NCBI GenBank assembly: GCA_021613535.1
Contig: CP075492.1
Coordinates: 9,114,001 to 9,178,000 of the forward strand
Direction of reading: 5' to 3'
Length of the DNA stretch: 64,000 nucleotides
Source of the DNA: Adineta vaga
Taxonomy: Eukaryota > Animalia > Rotifera
Position 1 is the first letter of the stretch. Every line of letters starts with the position of its first letter. Made by a program: the position numbers and the translations under genes. A model generated the notes under the pieces. The model saw only the letters and a program-made list of their open reading frames with translations. It was not told the DNA's origin and did not search any database. Below, piece after piece: positions 25,574-37,804 of the stretch.

Positions 25574-28500
25574 ATGTGTCCTGACACAAATAATAATATA
25601 GGTAATGAAAGAGATGATAATAATGATGATGATGATGAAGTCGATGACGAGGAAGAAGAACAAGAAGAGCCTGTATTCAAATACTCGACAATTACAATCT
25701 CTTCTGGACTGCGGAAAGCGAATGATACTACTAAAAATATGCCGGCTGATTTTAGTTGTATTGCTGTTCATGAAAAATTTCTTGTTATTGGAAAAACAAC
25801 AGGTGAAATTTTAATTACAGATCATTTGGGAAATATCATACCACAATATCAAATTAAAGCAGTAAGAATATCTTTTTTGTTACTCAAAGATAGAGACATC
25901 ATATTTTCTAGCATACATATCCCGTCAATGCTATATCTATTGATGATAATGGTGATTATATTGCTAGTTGTTGTCAAGAAGGAAAAGTAAAATTTTGAAA
26001 TGAAATCGATTTCGAATACAAAACTATCGTCTATTTGTAGGTGAAAATTTCTGGATTATTCAGTAAAAATGATGATCAATTAAATGTTTTTTCTCGTCCA
26101 ATTAAAGCTGTTTGTCTTGATCCAAATTTTACGAAAACAAAACAATATGTTACAGGTGATACATCTGTAAGTTTGAATAAATCTTTCTGAAGATGTTCAT
26201 AGAAAAAGTTCTTTATTCAATAGCTCATTCTTAATGAAAGAGGTTTGCTTGGACGGCATAAACAAACAATTTTACTGGATTTAAAAGGTGGACTTATTCA
26301 TACACTTCGTTGGAAAGAATCTTTGATTGCTGTTGCTAATGATCAAGTAATTATCTTATAATAAGAATGTCTTGTTTTTTACAAAATTTATACATATTTC
26401 AGGGTGTAGGTGTTTATGATCTACGTGCTCGTCGATTAGTCGGATTTGAATATAATGATAATCAAGCAGAGTATGATCTTTTCTATGACAAAAAAAGACA
26501 AAAATTCTTTTTTTTATAATTTAATTTAGATTTCCACGTGGTATTTATCCAAGTCGAATATCATGGAATGATCCCATAACATTAGTAACTGCATGTGCAA
26601 AAACTATTAAAATTCTTTCTATTACAAATGAAATATCTAATGATCATCAATCAACAATACCTAAGAAACGCATGAATATAGGTTAGGAGACATTTAAGTT
26701 AGAAAACAAGGAATTTAGATTTTGATGTTTATGTTAATGTTAGTTTTGACATTTAAAATCGAATTTTTTGCATGTGGTTTAACATCAGTCAATCGAGATT
26801 TAGTTTTACTTGGTATTGAAGATTTTAGTAATGCGGTAAGTTAGATCTGTTCTAATATTTTCCTTGAAATATTTATTTATTTCTTCGATCAAGAATGGAG
26901 TAACTGATCCATCGTTAACAGTTTTAAAATCAATTAATAAAAACTATGAAGAAAAAGCTCATGATCCATTTCATATGTTTGGTGATAAAGAAACGGCACC
27001 ATTTCAATTTCAACTCGGTAAAATAGTTTTCAAACGAACAATTAAGTTTTCATTTCAATTTTTTTGTTTCGTTTCAAATAGAATATTTACCAGATGAACA
27101 ATGTTTCTTTATTTTAAATCCATATGATATTGTTAAAGCTGAACATCGAAATTATGATGATCACATCGATTATTTAATCAGTAAGAAAAGATTCGATGAA
27201 GCAATTCAAGCATTTGAAACACCAAAGAATGCTAATGATAAACCTCGACAACATACGAAACAAGTAATAGACATTAGAAAACATATTGTGTACGATATAT
27301 AATTGTAGAGTGTGTATCGAGAATATGTGAAGGAATTGATCGAAACAAAACAGACAGAAAAAGCAGTGAAATTATTTCCAGATGTTTATAAAACAGCACA
27401 AGAATGGGAAGAACAAATACAAAAATTTATTGAACGAAAAGAACTCGATGTAAGTTCAAGTGAAACAAAAACAGCATATGTATTCGTTCATATCGACATA
27501 TTTAGTTTATTGTTCCATACATTCCAATTAGTTTACCTAAATTGGATCCATCTGCTTATGAAAAAGTATTGACTACATATTTAAAAGAGAAGAAATATGA
27601 AGTAAGCTAATCCGTTGTCTTTTTTGGAAATAATGAGAATTTTCTTCGTTTTTATTAGAAACTAAGAGAATTATTAACACAATGGCCATCGGATATTTAC
27701 AATGTAACATCTATTGATCATTTAATACGTATCCAGAGGGATGATGAACGTACACCCAAGACATTACTTGAATGTTCAGCAATATTGTAAGTTGAACATA
27801 AGATTGTTTTCGATTTCTATTCTTTTCTCATTGTAGAGCAGAAAAACAAGGCAACGTAGCACAAACATTGGACATCTATTTGAAGTAAATCGATCTACTT
27901 ACAATACTGCGAAAACATTAGAATCATCGGCTTGTTTCAGTTTAATTTCCTTTTCTCAGCTAGTCTAATTCAATATGGGTTCATCATAAGAACATCGAAA
28001 AAAAGGCAGGATAGATGTTGTCATTTTGTCACAAAAACTGTTCTATCTCAAACTTAGTAAATGGTATTAGGAATCTGATATCACATTGAATGAGACTTGC
28101 TGAGAAAAGGAAAATAAACTGACACAAGCAGATGATTCGATATATTTTCTCAGCGCTGTGCCAACAACATCAAATGCTTTTGTGATTTTTTAGAATGGGC
28201 AATATTCAAGCATTTCAATTGATTGAACGAAAAAAACTTCATGCCGAAATTCTTCCACATATTGAAACACTCATGATAATTAATAAAGATGTTCGTTAAA
28301 TACTCTAAAACTTAAGGATTTCATCTCTATCTATTGTCTGTTCTTCTAGTTAACACTCGACATGTTGGTTAATCATATCGATCAATTACCTGTAAGTTTG
28401 TTGAGAAAACAAATCTTTTAATATTAATTGTATGGAATAGGTAAAATCAGTTCACAATATTCTACAAACCAATCCACGATTTTTACATGCTGTTTGTATA

Positions 28501-29716
28501 AAATCTTGATTTAATGATAAAGTCTTCTTCATTTCTTATATGATTAGTATCTTGATGCGGTATTCTCGAAAAATCCAAGTGATACACGTGATTTTTATAC
28601 ACTTCAAGTCTCACTATATGCTGATTATGCACCAGAGAAATTATTGGGATTTTTACGGAAAGCAGGCGGTTATAATATACAAGAAGCAATTGTGATTTGT
28701 GAAAAGAAAAAATTATATCGTGAAACTGTTTTTCTCTACGGTAGAAAACATGTTTGTTTTGTTTTGAAAAGAAAGAAAATGTGAATGATTTTTACATTAG
28801 GACGTGCCGGAAATGGACGTGTTGCTTTGCAGATAATTCTTAACGAATTAAAAGATATTGAAACAGCAATAGATTTTTGTCGAGAAACAGGTGATCAAAC
28901 TTTATGGCCAATATTAATCGAAGAATCGAAAAATAAACCAGGTAAATAGTACACTTGATAATTTGAAAAATTCTACAGTTCTGTTGTTTAATCAAGATTT
29001 TATCAGAGGTCTATTGAATCATGCTGGTAGTGATGTTAATTTACAAGATCTAATTGATTCAATTCGAACTGATCTACAAATTCCGGGTTTACGAGATTCT
29101 CTTTGTAAAATAATGCAAGATTATAATATTCAGGTAGGATAATTTCAACAGTAAATTATTCTCAAATGTATTGATAAGAAAAATATGAATTTGTTCCTTT
29201 ACTAACGAGTTAGACCGAAGTTTTACGTGTATTCGTATTAAATCATCAGTTTCTAACATTGAATTCATTTATTAGATGTCTCTGTCAGAATCTTGTCGAA
29301 AAATCATCGTTCACGACTGTTTGGGTCTACGCAAGAAGACGATAACATTACTTCAAAGTGGTTATCCAGTCAAAGGTAAGAAGCTACCTCTTTTTTTCTT
29401 CTTTTAATAAATATATCTTTTCTTTGTTCATTAGATACTGATCTATGTGCTAAATGTCACAATCCCGTTTACAGTCCTGGTTAGTTTCATATGTTTTTCA
29501 TAGGAGAGACATACTTTTTAAATAACAAATCTTTTCAGGTATTCTAGCAAATCTTCCAGTATCTGTCTTTTTCTGTTTACATGTCTTTCATGCCAAATGT
29601 ATTGAAACAAATCCTGTAAGAGCAAATGTTTCCTTTCACATCTAAATATTTAACTTTGATATTTTCAGGATGTTTGTGGTGTATGTTCAACTAGTTCTCT
29701 ATTTGGTACAACTTAA
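25574..29716 (+). CDS. VPS41: HOPS subunit Vps41 (WD40 - clathrin repeat - RING-H2), many exons
   Basis: Acidic N-terminus ending EEPVFKY, SCIAVHEKFLVIG, RPIKAVCLDPNF, DDHIDYLI, LYADYAPEKLLGFLR, IPGLRDSLCKIMQDY, C-terminal CAKC...CLHVFHAKC...CGVC; stop 29714-29716. Confidence 0.95.
27900..28160. mobile_element. MITE-like non-autonomous element in a VPS41 intron
   Basis: About 75 bp imperfect terminal inverted repeats (27900-27977 vs 28082-28160), e.g. gaatcatcggcttgtttcagtttaatttccttttctcagctagtct against the reverse complement gaatcatctgcttgtgtcagtttattttccttttctcagcaagtct. No coding capacity; no clear target-site duplication. Confidence 0.75.
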
Positions 29717-30033
29717 TTTCAAAAATGGATTCAACCGAGTGAATTAAATGCTTGTCTTTCTTCTCTTCCGTCCTTATTTATTCACAGTGATTTTTCTTTT
29801 CTTTTGTTCCTCTATGTGTGTGTGTGTAATTGTAACTGAAACTGATTATCCATAGAAAAGAAAACAAACAAATAACAGTAAGAATTGATTGTATGTATTT
29901 CTTCGAACAAACTTGTCGTCTTTTTCTTTAATTTTCGTCTTTCAATTCGATAAGTCAAATGTAAAATGATATTTTTCACAGAAAATTATTTGATGATTGT
30001 ATGTGTGTGACTATTGTTATGTTTATATTTCAG

Positions 30034-31539
30034 ATGGTTTTACTTGGATTTATAGATGAACCAAAAGGAGGAAAGAAGGGCGGTGGTGATGATGATGATG
30101 ATCCATCCAACTGGACTATTTCAAGAATTGGTGGACAACCAGTAAGTTATGAATGCAAAGAGTTTTCTATTTATTCAAAAATGAATTCAATTTAGGCATT
30201 TCCCAATGATATCGTTTCGAATAAATTGAAATCGTCTCTTCATTGTGCAAAATGTCAAAAAGAACAAGTATTTGTCTGTCAATTGTATTGTCCATTGAGT
30301 GGTCATAAATATGATCGTGCTTTGTATCTATTTGCATGTCGAAATTCATCATGTTGGAATGCATCAAATAGGTTTGTTTCGATTGATGTCTTATGAAATT
30401 CATTATTGTAGAAAGAATCGTTTTAGTTGGACTGCAATTCGATGTCAAAAATATGACGAAACAGTTGAAGAAGTTGTTCCAATTGAAACCGAATCATTAC
30501 ATACTGTTCCATTATCATCTACAGATTGGTGTGATGATGCTAATGCTTGGAATAGTGATGAAGAAGAAGAAGATGATCCTAGTCCAAAGAAAAAACCATC
30601 TCCTGCACCACCAATAACAGTGAAAAAAGATATCAAACAAGAGCCGGAAGTTATGCTTAATTCCATGAAAATAGAAGATGAAAATGAAAAATCATCCAGT
30701 GATGATGATGATGACGATGATGATCAAATGGACGTTAAAACGAAAAAGAAGACAAATGAAAAGAATATTTCAGTTGCTTCCTCCGATGCTTTCAATGAAT
30801 GGAAGAAAAGTAATCTAAAGAAACAAGAATTAGATAGTACTACTAGTGCATCATTTCCATTTTGTTACATTGATATTGATGAAGAAGATGTCATTATTGA
30901 TGAGGCGAAATTGAGTGAACAAAAAAAGATGAAAAAATCAATGAAAAAGTTTAATGATGTCGATGAAGATGATGATGATGATGAAACGATGAAAGGTGGA
31001 AAAGAGTAGGTATTTCGTTTGAATTACTGATGAACTCGAATTGATTCTCTCTAGAAAATATGAAAAAACACCAGATATTGAACATGGTGATGTTGTTTTC
31101 TATCGATTCCAACAAAAAATTCGATATGCACCTGATCAAATCATTCGGTAAGAGTTTGTCACTTGAAAATCAACACATAATTTAACTAATCAATCTCTAT
31201 CATACATAGCTACGATTGGTCTGGTAATCCACTCATTCTAACCAAAATCGATAACAATGCATTATCAAGCGTTCAAAAATGTCGTCATTGTCAATCATCA
31301 TGTTATTTCGAGTTTCAACTCATGCCAGCACTTGTGAACTTTCTCAGAATCGATAATCAAATAGGTAAAAAGATCATTCTTTTATAATCCATGAGAAAAT
31401 AAAAGTTCATTTAGGTTTGGAATTCGGCACTGTATTTGTTTATACATGCTCTTCTAATTGTTGGGATGAAACTAATGATTTGTATCGGTTTGAAAATATT
31501 TTTGTTCAAGCTGATCCAGATCAAACTTTATTTGATTAA
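30034..31539 (+). CDS. PDCD2L: Programmed cell death protein 2-like (uS5 chaperone, Tsr4 family)
   Basis: VLLGF...SRIGGQP, CAKC...QLYCPL...DRALYLFAC, acidic middle, KYEK...FYRFQQKI...PDQIIRYDWSGNPL, CRHC...FEFQLMPALV, LEFGTVFVYTCSSNCW; no MYND finger seen. Confidence 0.9.
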
Positions 31540-31578
31540 TAAAAAGAAAGAAAAAACACATCGTTATTTGTTTTTCAG

Positions 31579-32967
31579 ATGATTGAACAATTGATTTTAG
31601 CGTTTTTTGTTCTTGTGATACTTGGACTTCTTGTTCTAAGTGTAAGGATTCAATTCTTTTTCGATAAAGAATACAAATTTCATTGTGATTTTTTCTCATT
31701 TGAATAGACGATCTGTTTATTACGTTCATTTGCAATGGCATCTCGAAGTGAAAATGAAAAACATTATCAAGATCCAAAAACAAAATCTCGAAAACCATTT
31801 CCATCATTAAATGAATCACCTTCAAAATATTTGTCCGTAATCATTCCAGCTTATAAAGAAGTTGATCGTCGTACGAAAAGATACATTTCAATCTTCTTTT
31901 GTTTATTCATTTATTTATCTCTTGATTTTAGTGCCAACGATGATCAAAGATACAATGGAATATTTAGAAAATCGACAGGTTTGTATAAAATATCGTCAAA
32001 CATAGTTTCAACTATTTCTTTTCTTTTAGGCAAAAGATTCCAAATTTACCTATGAATTGATTATTGTTGATGATGGTAGTCCAGATAAAACGAGTGAAGT
32101 AAGAGAAATTCAATGATATGTAAAGTATACAAATGAAATCTTGTTCAGATTGCTCTTCAATACAGTGCTCAATATGGAACAGATATTGTTCGAGTATTAA
32201 CTCTAGATGTTAATAGAGGAAAAGGTGGTGCTGTCCGAATGGTAAGATAGATTAGTTAGAAATTGATATTAATTTCTTGTTTGATTCTTAGGGTGTTTTA
32301 AGTGCTCGAGGTCAATGGATATTATTTGCTGATGCAGATGGTGCTACACAATTTAGTGATTTGACTAGAGTTGAAAAGAGAGCTCTAGATGGAATGAAAG
32401 TAAATAGAAGAAACCATTCAAATGTTTTTGAATTTCATTGAAATTTAGAATGATAATGTTGTTGTTTGTGGTTCAAGACGTCATTTAGAAAAAGAATCTG
32501 TTGCTCAAGTATGTTGATATATTATGCTCTTGATAAACTTAATCAAATTTCTCTTTCAGCGATCACCATTTCGTACATTACTTATGTATGTATTTCATAT
32601 TGAAGTTTGGTTGTTTGCAGTTAAATCTATTCGTGATACTCAATGTGGTTTTAAATTATTTTCTCGTGAAAGTGCACGAACAATTTTTACTCAAATGCAT
32701 GTCGAACGATGGTAAAACAACGAAATAAATCATGATGAACAACTAAATTTATATTTTCTCTTTTCGTTTAGGGCATTTGATGTTGAACTTTTATATATAG
32801 CTGAACAATTGAACATTCCAATTGTTGAAGTTGATGTGAATTGGCAAGAAATTCCAGGATCAAAATTGGATCCATTTACCGCTTCATTTCAAATGGGTAT
32901 TGATATATTAGCTATTTGGTTACGATATACTCTAGGACTCTGGAAAATTCAACGTAAAAATGAATGA
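31579..32967 (+). CDS. ALG5: Dolichyl-phosphate beta-glucosyltransferase (GT2)
   Basis: N-terminal transmembrane segment, LSVIIPAYKEVDRLP, YELIIVDDGS, NRGKGGAVRMG, LFADADGATQF, IRDTQCGFKLF, RWAFDVELL, VNWQEIPGSKL. Confidence 0.95.
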
Positions 32968-33776
32968 AAACAAAAACCATGAAATATATATTTGGGTGAT
33001 TTTTATTGTTAGACGTTTTTGTTATACTTATTCTTGACTATATTATTTTATTTATCATTCAAAATCTGCTTTTAGAAAAAATAAACTTCTTCTTCTTCTT
33101 CTTCTTTTCGAGTAAAATACAATTTTAATAATGAGAATTTGACAGCAAATTGTTTGAAATATAAATTTTGTCAACGAAGAACATGATAATATAAAATTTA
33201 AATAAAAATCACGGAAGAATATTCTCACGTAACTAAATCAACAAGAAAAATGCTCGTAAAGAACTTTTGCACATCTACTTGCGTGTCACTGTCATAGATC
33301 GCTAATTGAAATTTAGTAAATAATCTTCTAAATCAACATGGAACTATATTCTTCTACATAATCTCTGTTTCTCTCTCAAGACTTATCAATCAACCATACT
33401 ATATATATATATTGATATATATTGATATATATGCATATATAAACTCTATTGAGATTCAATCTGTGATAATTCAAAGCGAATCTCTCGTGTATATTGTCTT
33501 TTCAACATATTGATTTTAGACAAAAAAAAAACAAAGTAGAGACATTGTTCTCATGTGAATAATAGATTGGCAAGATCTAATCTTGATTGAGTCAAACAAT
33601 AGAGATATTGTAGACTTAGCGTGCTTTCGAAGTCAAGTTAAATAGGCAGAGATCTCAAATCGTCACACACTCGATTTGAAGAAAAGAAGCGAGGCAGAAT
33701 ATTGATTTTTATTCTACTACGTAGTCGACTGTCTATTGCTTAGTATTCACATTTTTTTCAAGTGAGATATTTCTTC

Positions 33777-36240
33777 ATGGATGCGGATGAATTTCGTCAA
33801 CGAGGAAAAGAAATGGTTGATTTTATTGCGGATTATTTAACAAATATTCGAACACGACGTGTGTTTCCAAATGTTAAACCCGGTTATATGCGTCCATTGA
33901 TTGATAATGAAGCACCAAGACAAGGAGAACCATGGGATCAAATTTTTAATGATATCGAACGAGTGATTATGCCTGGTGTATGTATGAAAATAGATTGTCT
34001 TATAAGTTTAATTGAATTTATTTTCTTATAGATCACTCATTGGCAATCTCCTTATATGCATGCTTATTTTCCAGCATTGAATTCGTACCCATCGATGCTT
34101 GGAGTGAGAAATAGATATTTGACATGAATAGAATTAATTGACATGTACTTTTAGGATATGCTAGCAAATTGTTTAAATCAAATAGGATTTACATGGGTAT
34201 GTGTATTCTAGTCAGATAATAAGATCTATTCTCATGTAATTAGGCATCGAGTCCTGCATGTACGGAATTAGAAACTGTTGTCATGGATTGGTTAGCAAAA
34301 ATGATTGGTTTACCTGATGATTTTCTTCATTCACGTGCTGATACAACTGGAGGTGGTGTAATACAAGTAAGTTAAAGAAATTATTTATGTTTGTGAGAAA
34401 ATGCGTAAATAAAATTCATGATAGACAACGGCATCGGAAGCAACACTGGTAGCTTTACTTGCTGCTCGAAAAGAAGTTATTCGTCGTATTCAAGCCCAAT
34501 TTCCTTACTTAAGTCCTGCAGAAATCAATGGGCGTCTTGTTGCTTATTGTTCTGACCAAGCTCATTCATCGGTAGAAAAAGCTTGTTTAATCGGTTTGGT
34601 GAAACTCAATCTCGTACCAAGTGATGAAAAATTACGTTTACGTGGAAATGCTTTAAGACAAGCAATTGCTAAAGATAAAGAAAATGGTCTTATTCCATTT
34701 TATGTACGTGATAAAACTATTATTAGTATTGAAAGGGAATAATGATTTCTTCTTTGCCTTTTGCAGTTATGTGCAACATTAGGTACAACTGGAGCTTGTG
34801 CATTTGATAATTTAGTTGAACTCGGAGCAATATGTAAGTATTGTGTAGGTTCAATGTGAAGATTATTAGAATCTATGAATAGGTGAAAGAGAAAATATTT
34901 GGATTCATGTCGATGCAGCATATGCAGGAAGTGCTTTTATTTGTCCAGAATTCCGACATTTTATGGATGGAGTTGAATTAACTCATTCATTTGCATTCAA
35001 TCCTTCGAAATGGATGATGGTTCGTTTCAGTTCTTTTGAATTTATTCAATTACATCTCTTAATTTAGGTACATTTTGATTGTACGGCAATGTGGTAAGAT
35101 CGAAGATATCATATAAATCTTCGATAGTTTTGTTTTCTTTGAGGGTTAAAACAAGTGCGGCATTGCATCGAGCTTTTAATGTTGATCCATTGTATCTTCA
35201 ACATGAAAATGCTGGTGTTGCTATTGATTATATGGTAGTAGATTAATATGTCTTTTCTTTTTCTTTCTCTAGTTCTCCTTTAAATTTATTTGTGATCTTA
35301 GCATTGGCAAGTACCATTAAGTCGTCGATTTCGTGCATTAAAACTTTGGTTTGTCATACGTTCATTTGGTATTGAAGGTTTACAAAAACATATTCGAAAT
35401 GTATGTCTTCCTAGTTCAGTATCACTCTCTCTCTATGAATCAAATAAATCATTCTGTTTTTTTTTGTAGGGTGTTCGAATGGGAAGTATCTTTGAATCAT
35501 TTGTTCGAGCAGATGAACGTTTTGAATTACCAGCTGATCGTCATCTTGGCCTAGTTGTTTTTCGTTTGAAAGGTGAAAATGAATTAACCGAACAATTATT
35601 AAAAGAAATCAATAGTGGTGGTTTAATTCATTGTGTTCCAGCATCTATCAAAGGTAAATATATCATTCGATTTACTGTAACAGCAACTTCAACAAATATC
35701 GATGATATCAATCGTGATTGGGAAATCATTCAAACAACGGCAAGTAAAATTCTTCGTCCATTGGATAGTTTAACACCACAAGAACGACGACATAAAATGA
35801 AAAATCTTCATGATGATTTTCGTATGTCACTTGTTCTCTCAAATACGCCACATAGTCCATGTTTAATTAATGGAAGTTTTGCTGCTATACTTCCACTTAA
35901 TACACGGCATATTTATGCCATGACACATGAATTAAGTCAACGTGGATTAAAAAATTCTCTTCTACCAATATCAACACGACGACGTACAAAAAATTTTTCA
36001 GGTCATCGAACATTTTCCAAACAGATGAGTATGGATGGTTATATGATTAACAGTAATCAACAGAAATATTTAATACCAATAACAACAGCATCATTACCAA
36101 TAAGTCGACAAGGAAGTTTAGATTCTCGTATTGAAGAAATTTTAGAGAATAGTACAATTGAAACAAAAGAATTTCTCTCCAAATCACCCCATAGTCATGA
36201 TCAAATTAATAAAATGATTCCAAAAATTGTTAAACAATAA
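33777..36240 (+). CDS. HDC: Histidine decarboxylase (PLP-dependent group II decarboxylase)
   Basis: [53 protein letters not shown] (PLP Lys), [14 protein letters not shown] (Ser where DDC has Gly), and the HDC-type tail [21 protein letters not shown]. Confidence 0.88.
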
Positions 36241-37012
36241 TAAATATCTATTTCTCGTTTCTTCTTTTTTGTTTTCTGTCTTCTATTTATTTTAATCACT
36301 TATGATAAGAAAAAGCACAAAAAAACGTATGCTTATTTGTTTTTGTTTTTTTTTTGCAATGAAAAATCTTCTTCAATGTTTTGTCTGTGTACGTGAAAAA
36401 TAAATATTCTTTTGATGAAAAACAACACAATTTTCTTTCAATTTATTCAAGAATTAATTATCATATCGCATATTTTGTTTTTGTTTTTCATTATTAGATT
36501 AGATTAATCCTCCTCCAAATTCCCTTGTAGTGTACACCCACGGATATATATATATATATACCATAGAAATCTATAATAATAATATATCGGTTAATTTGTT
36601 TCTTTTCAATCTAAATTTTTCCTTTGTCGTTTTGAATAGAACTAGTAGCAATTATCTGTGATGTGTGACCGCCTCCTTACGTTTAAAAAACAAAATAAGT
36701 AAGTAATCAAGACTATACGAACCAATCAGAAGTAATGCCCCTTCTTTTTTCCTTCTATACATATATATATATTAATATATTACTTGTCTAGTTAAAAAGC
36801 ATATACATTAGTATGCGAATGAAACGATGTATAATATAATGAAGCACTTCAATTGCCAATACTTATAGAGGAAACCAAATGATTTCTTTATACCACTTTG
36901 AAACTTTCATGCACTGAAAGAAGGACAATATTTTTGGAATATTTTATTAAAAACAAATGATTACATGTGACTGAATAGGAAACAGAAAAAGAATAAAACT
37001 AATAAATATATA

Positions 37013-37804
37013 TTATCTTGTCGAGAGAATATCCATTGAAAATCCTCCAATACTTTGATCCATCCATTCAACTTCTGGATCATTCATTTTCGTTATTGTT
37101 GTTATAACACTAATAACCATAGAAAAAAGCATTAAACCAACTGCACTATAAATAATCAATGCTAATGATAACGCTAATCTTCTTAATCTTTCTACAAGAA
37201 CAGTTCGTTTACGTTTTAAATTTAAAACATGATTAACTTCATTTAAAAAATCCCAAAAAACTGTACCATGTGGAACATCTTGTTTACTAAAATAATACAA
37301 TAAATTTTGTAAGGCTAATGGTTCTTCACCGAGACGATCGTATATGAGTGCATCATCAGGTTTAACATGACGTGTATCGAATTTTCTTGAAGGACCTTTA
37401 TCTGTTGCAAGTGAAAATTCTTTCACAACCTGAAAATTTTCATCTAAATCGACATTTTTTATTTGTTGTTGTGCACGTCTTAATTCTCGAGTCATTTGTA
37501 AACCTAAGTAAAAATCAGGTACTTTGCCTTCCGTCGTACCACGAAAACCCATGAAACGAATACGATGTATATTACGACGAACAACTAACCAACGAGAATT
37601 AGGTCGAAGAGAATTAGCTGTCATAGGTGCTTGATAATCATAAGCAGTTAGAGCTTCACGTTGTAAACGAGATGGACTTGGTGGAACAAGAGCTTGAGAT
37701 ACGTCTTGTTGTTCAAGTACTTCTAATGGATTACTAATGATATGTAATTCTTCTTCCTGTTTAGGAAGTCGCATAAGTCGTGTACGATGTGATGGCTGAG
37801 CCAT
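37013..37804 (-). CDS. Uncharacterised 263 aa protein with one C-terminal transmembrane helix; paralog of 39583-40380
   Basis: Intronless ORF with full-length similarity to the neighbouring ORF; hydrophobic segment LALSLALIIYSAVGLMLFSMVISVI. Confidence 0.85.
   Translation of the reverse strand: MAQPSHRTRLMRLPKQEEELHIISNPLEVLEQQDVSQALVPPSPSRLQREALTAYDYQAPMTANSLRPNSRWLVVRRNIHRIRFMGFRGTTEGKVPDFYLGLQMTRELRRAQQQIKNVDLDENFQVVKEFSLATDKGPSRKFDTRHVKPDDALIYDRLGEEPLALQNLLYYFSKQDVPHGTVFWDFLNEVNHVLNLKRKRTVLVERLRRLALSLALIIYSAVGLMLFSMVISVITTITKMNDPEVEWMDQSIGGFSMDILSTR

Noticed and set aside
25390-25814. ORFs overlapping the VPS41 start
   Set aside because: Antisense or alternate-frame products of the (GAT/AAT)n acidic tract.
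33777-36240. DOPA or tyrosine decarboxylase assignment
   Set aside because: [15 protein letters not shown], MHWQxPLSRRFR and the NGSFAAI tail favour HDC.
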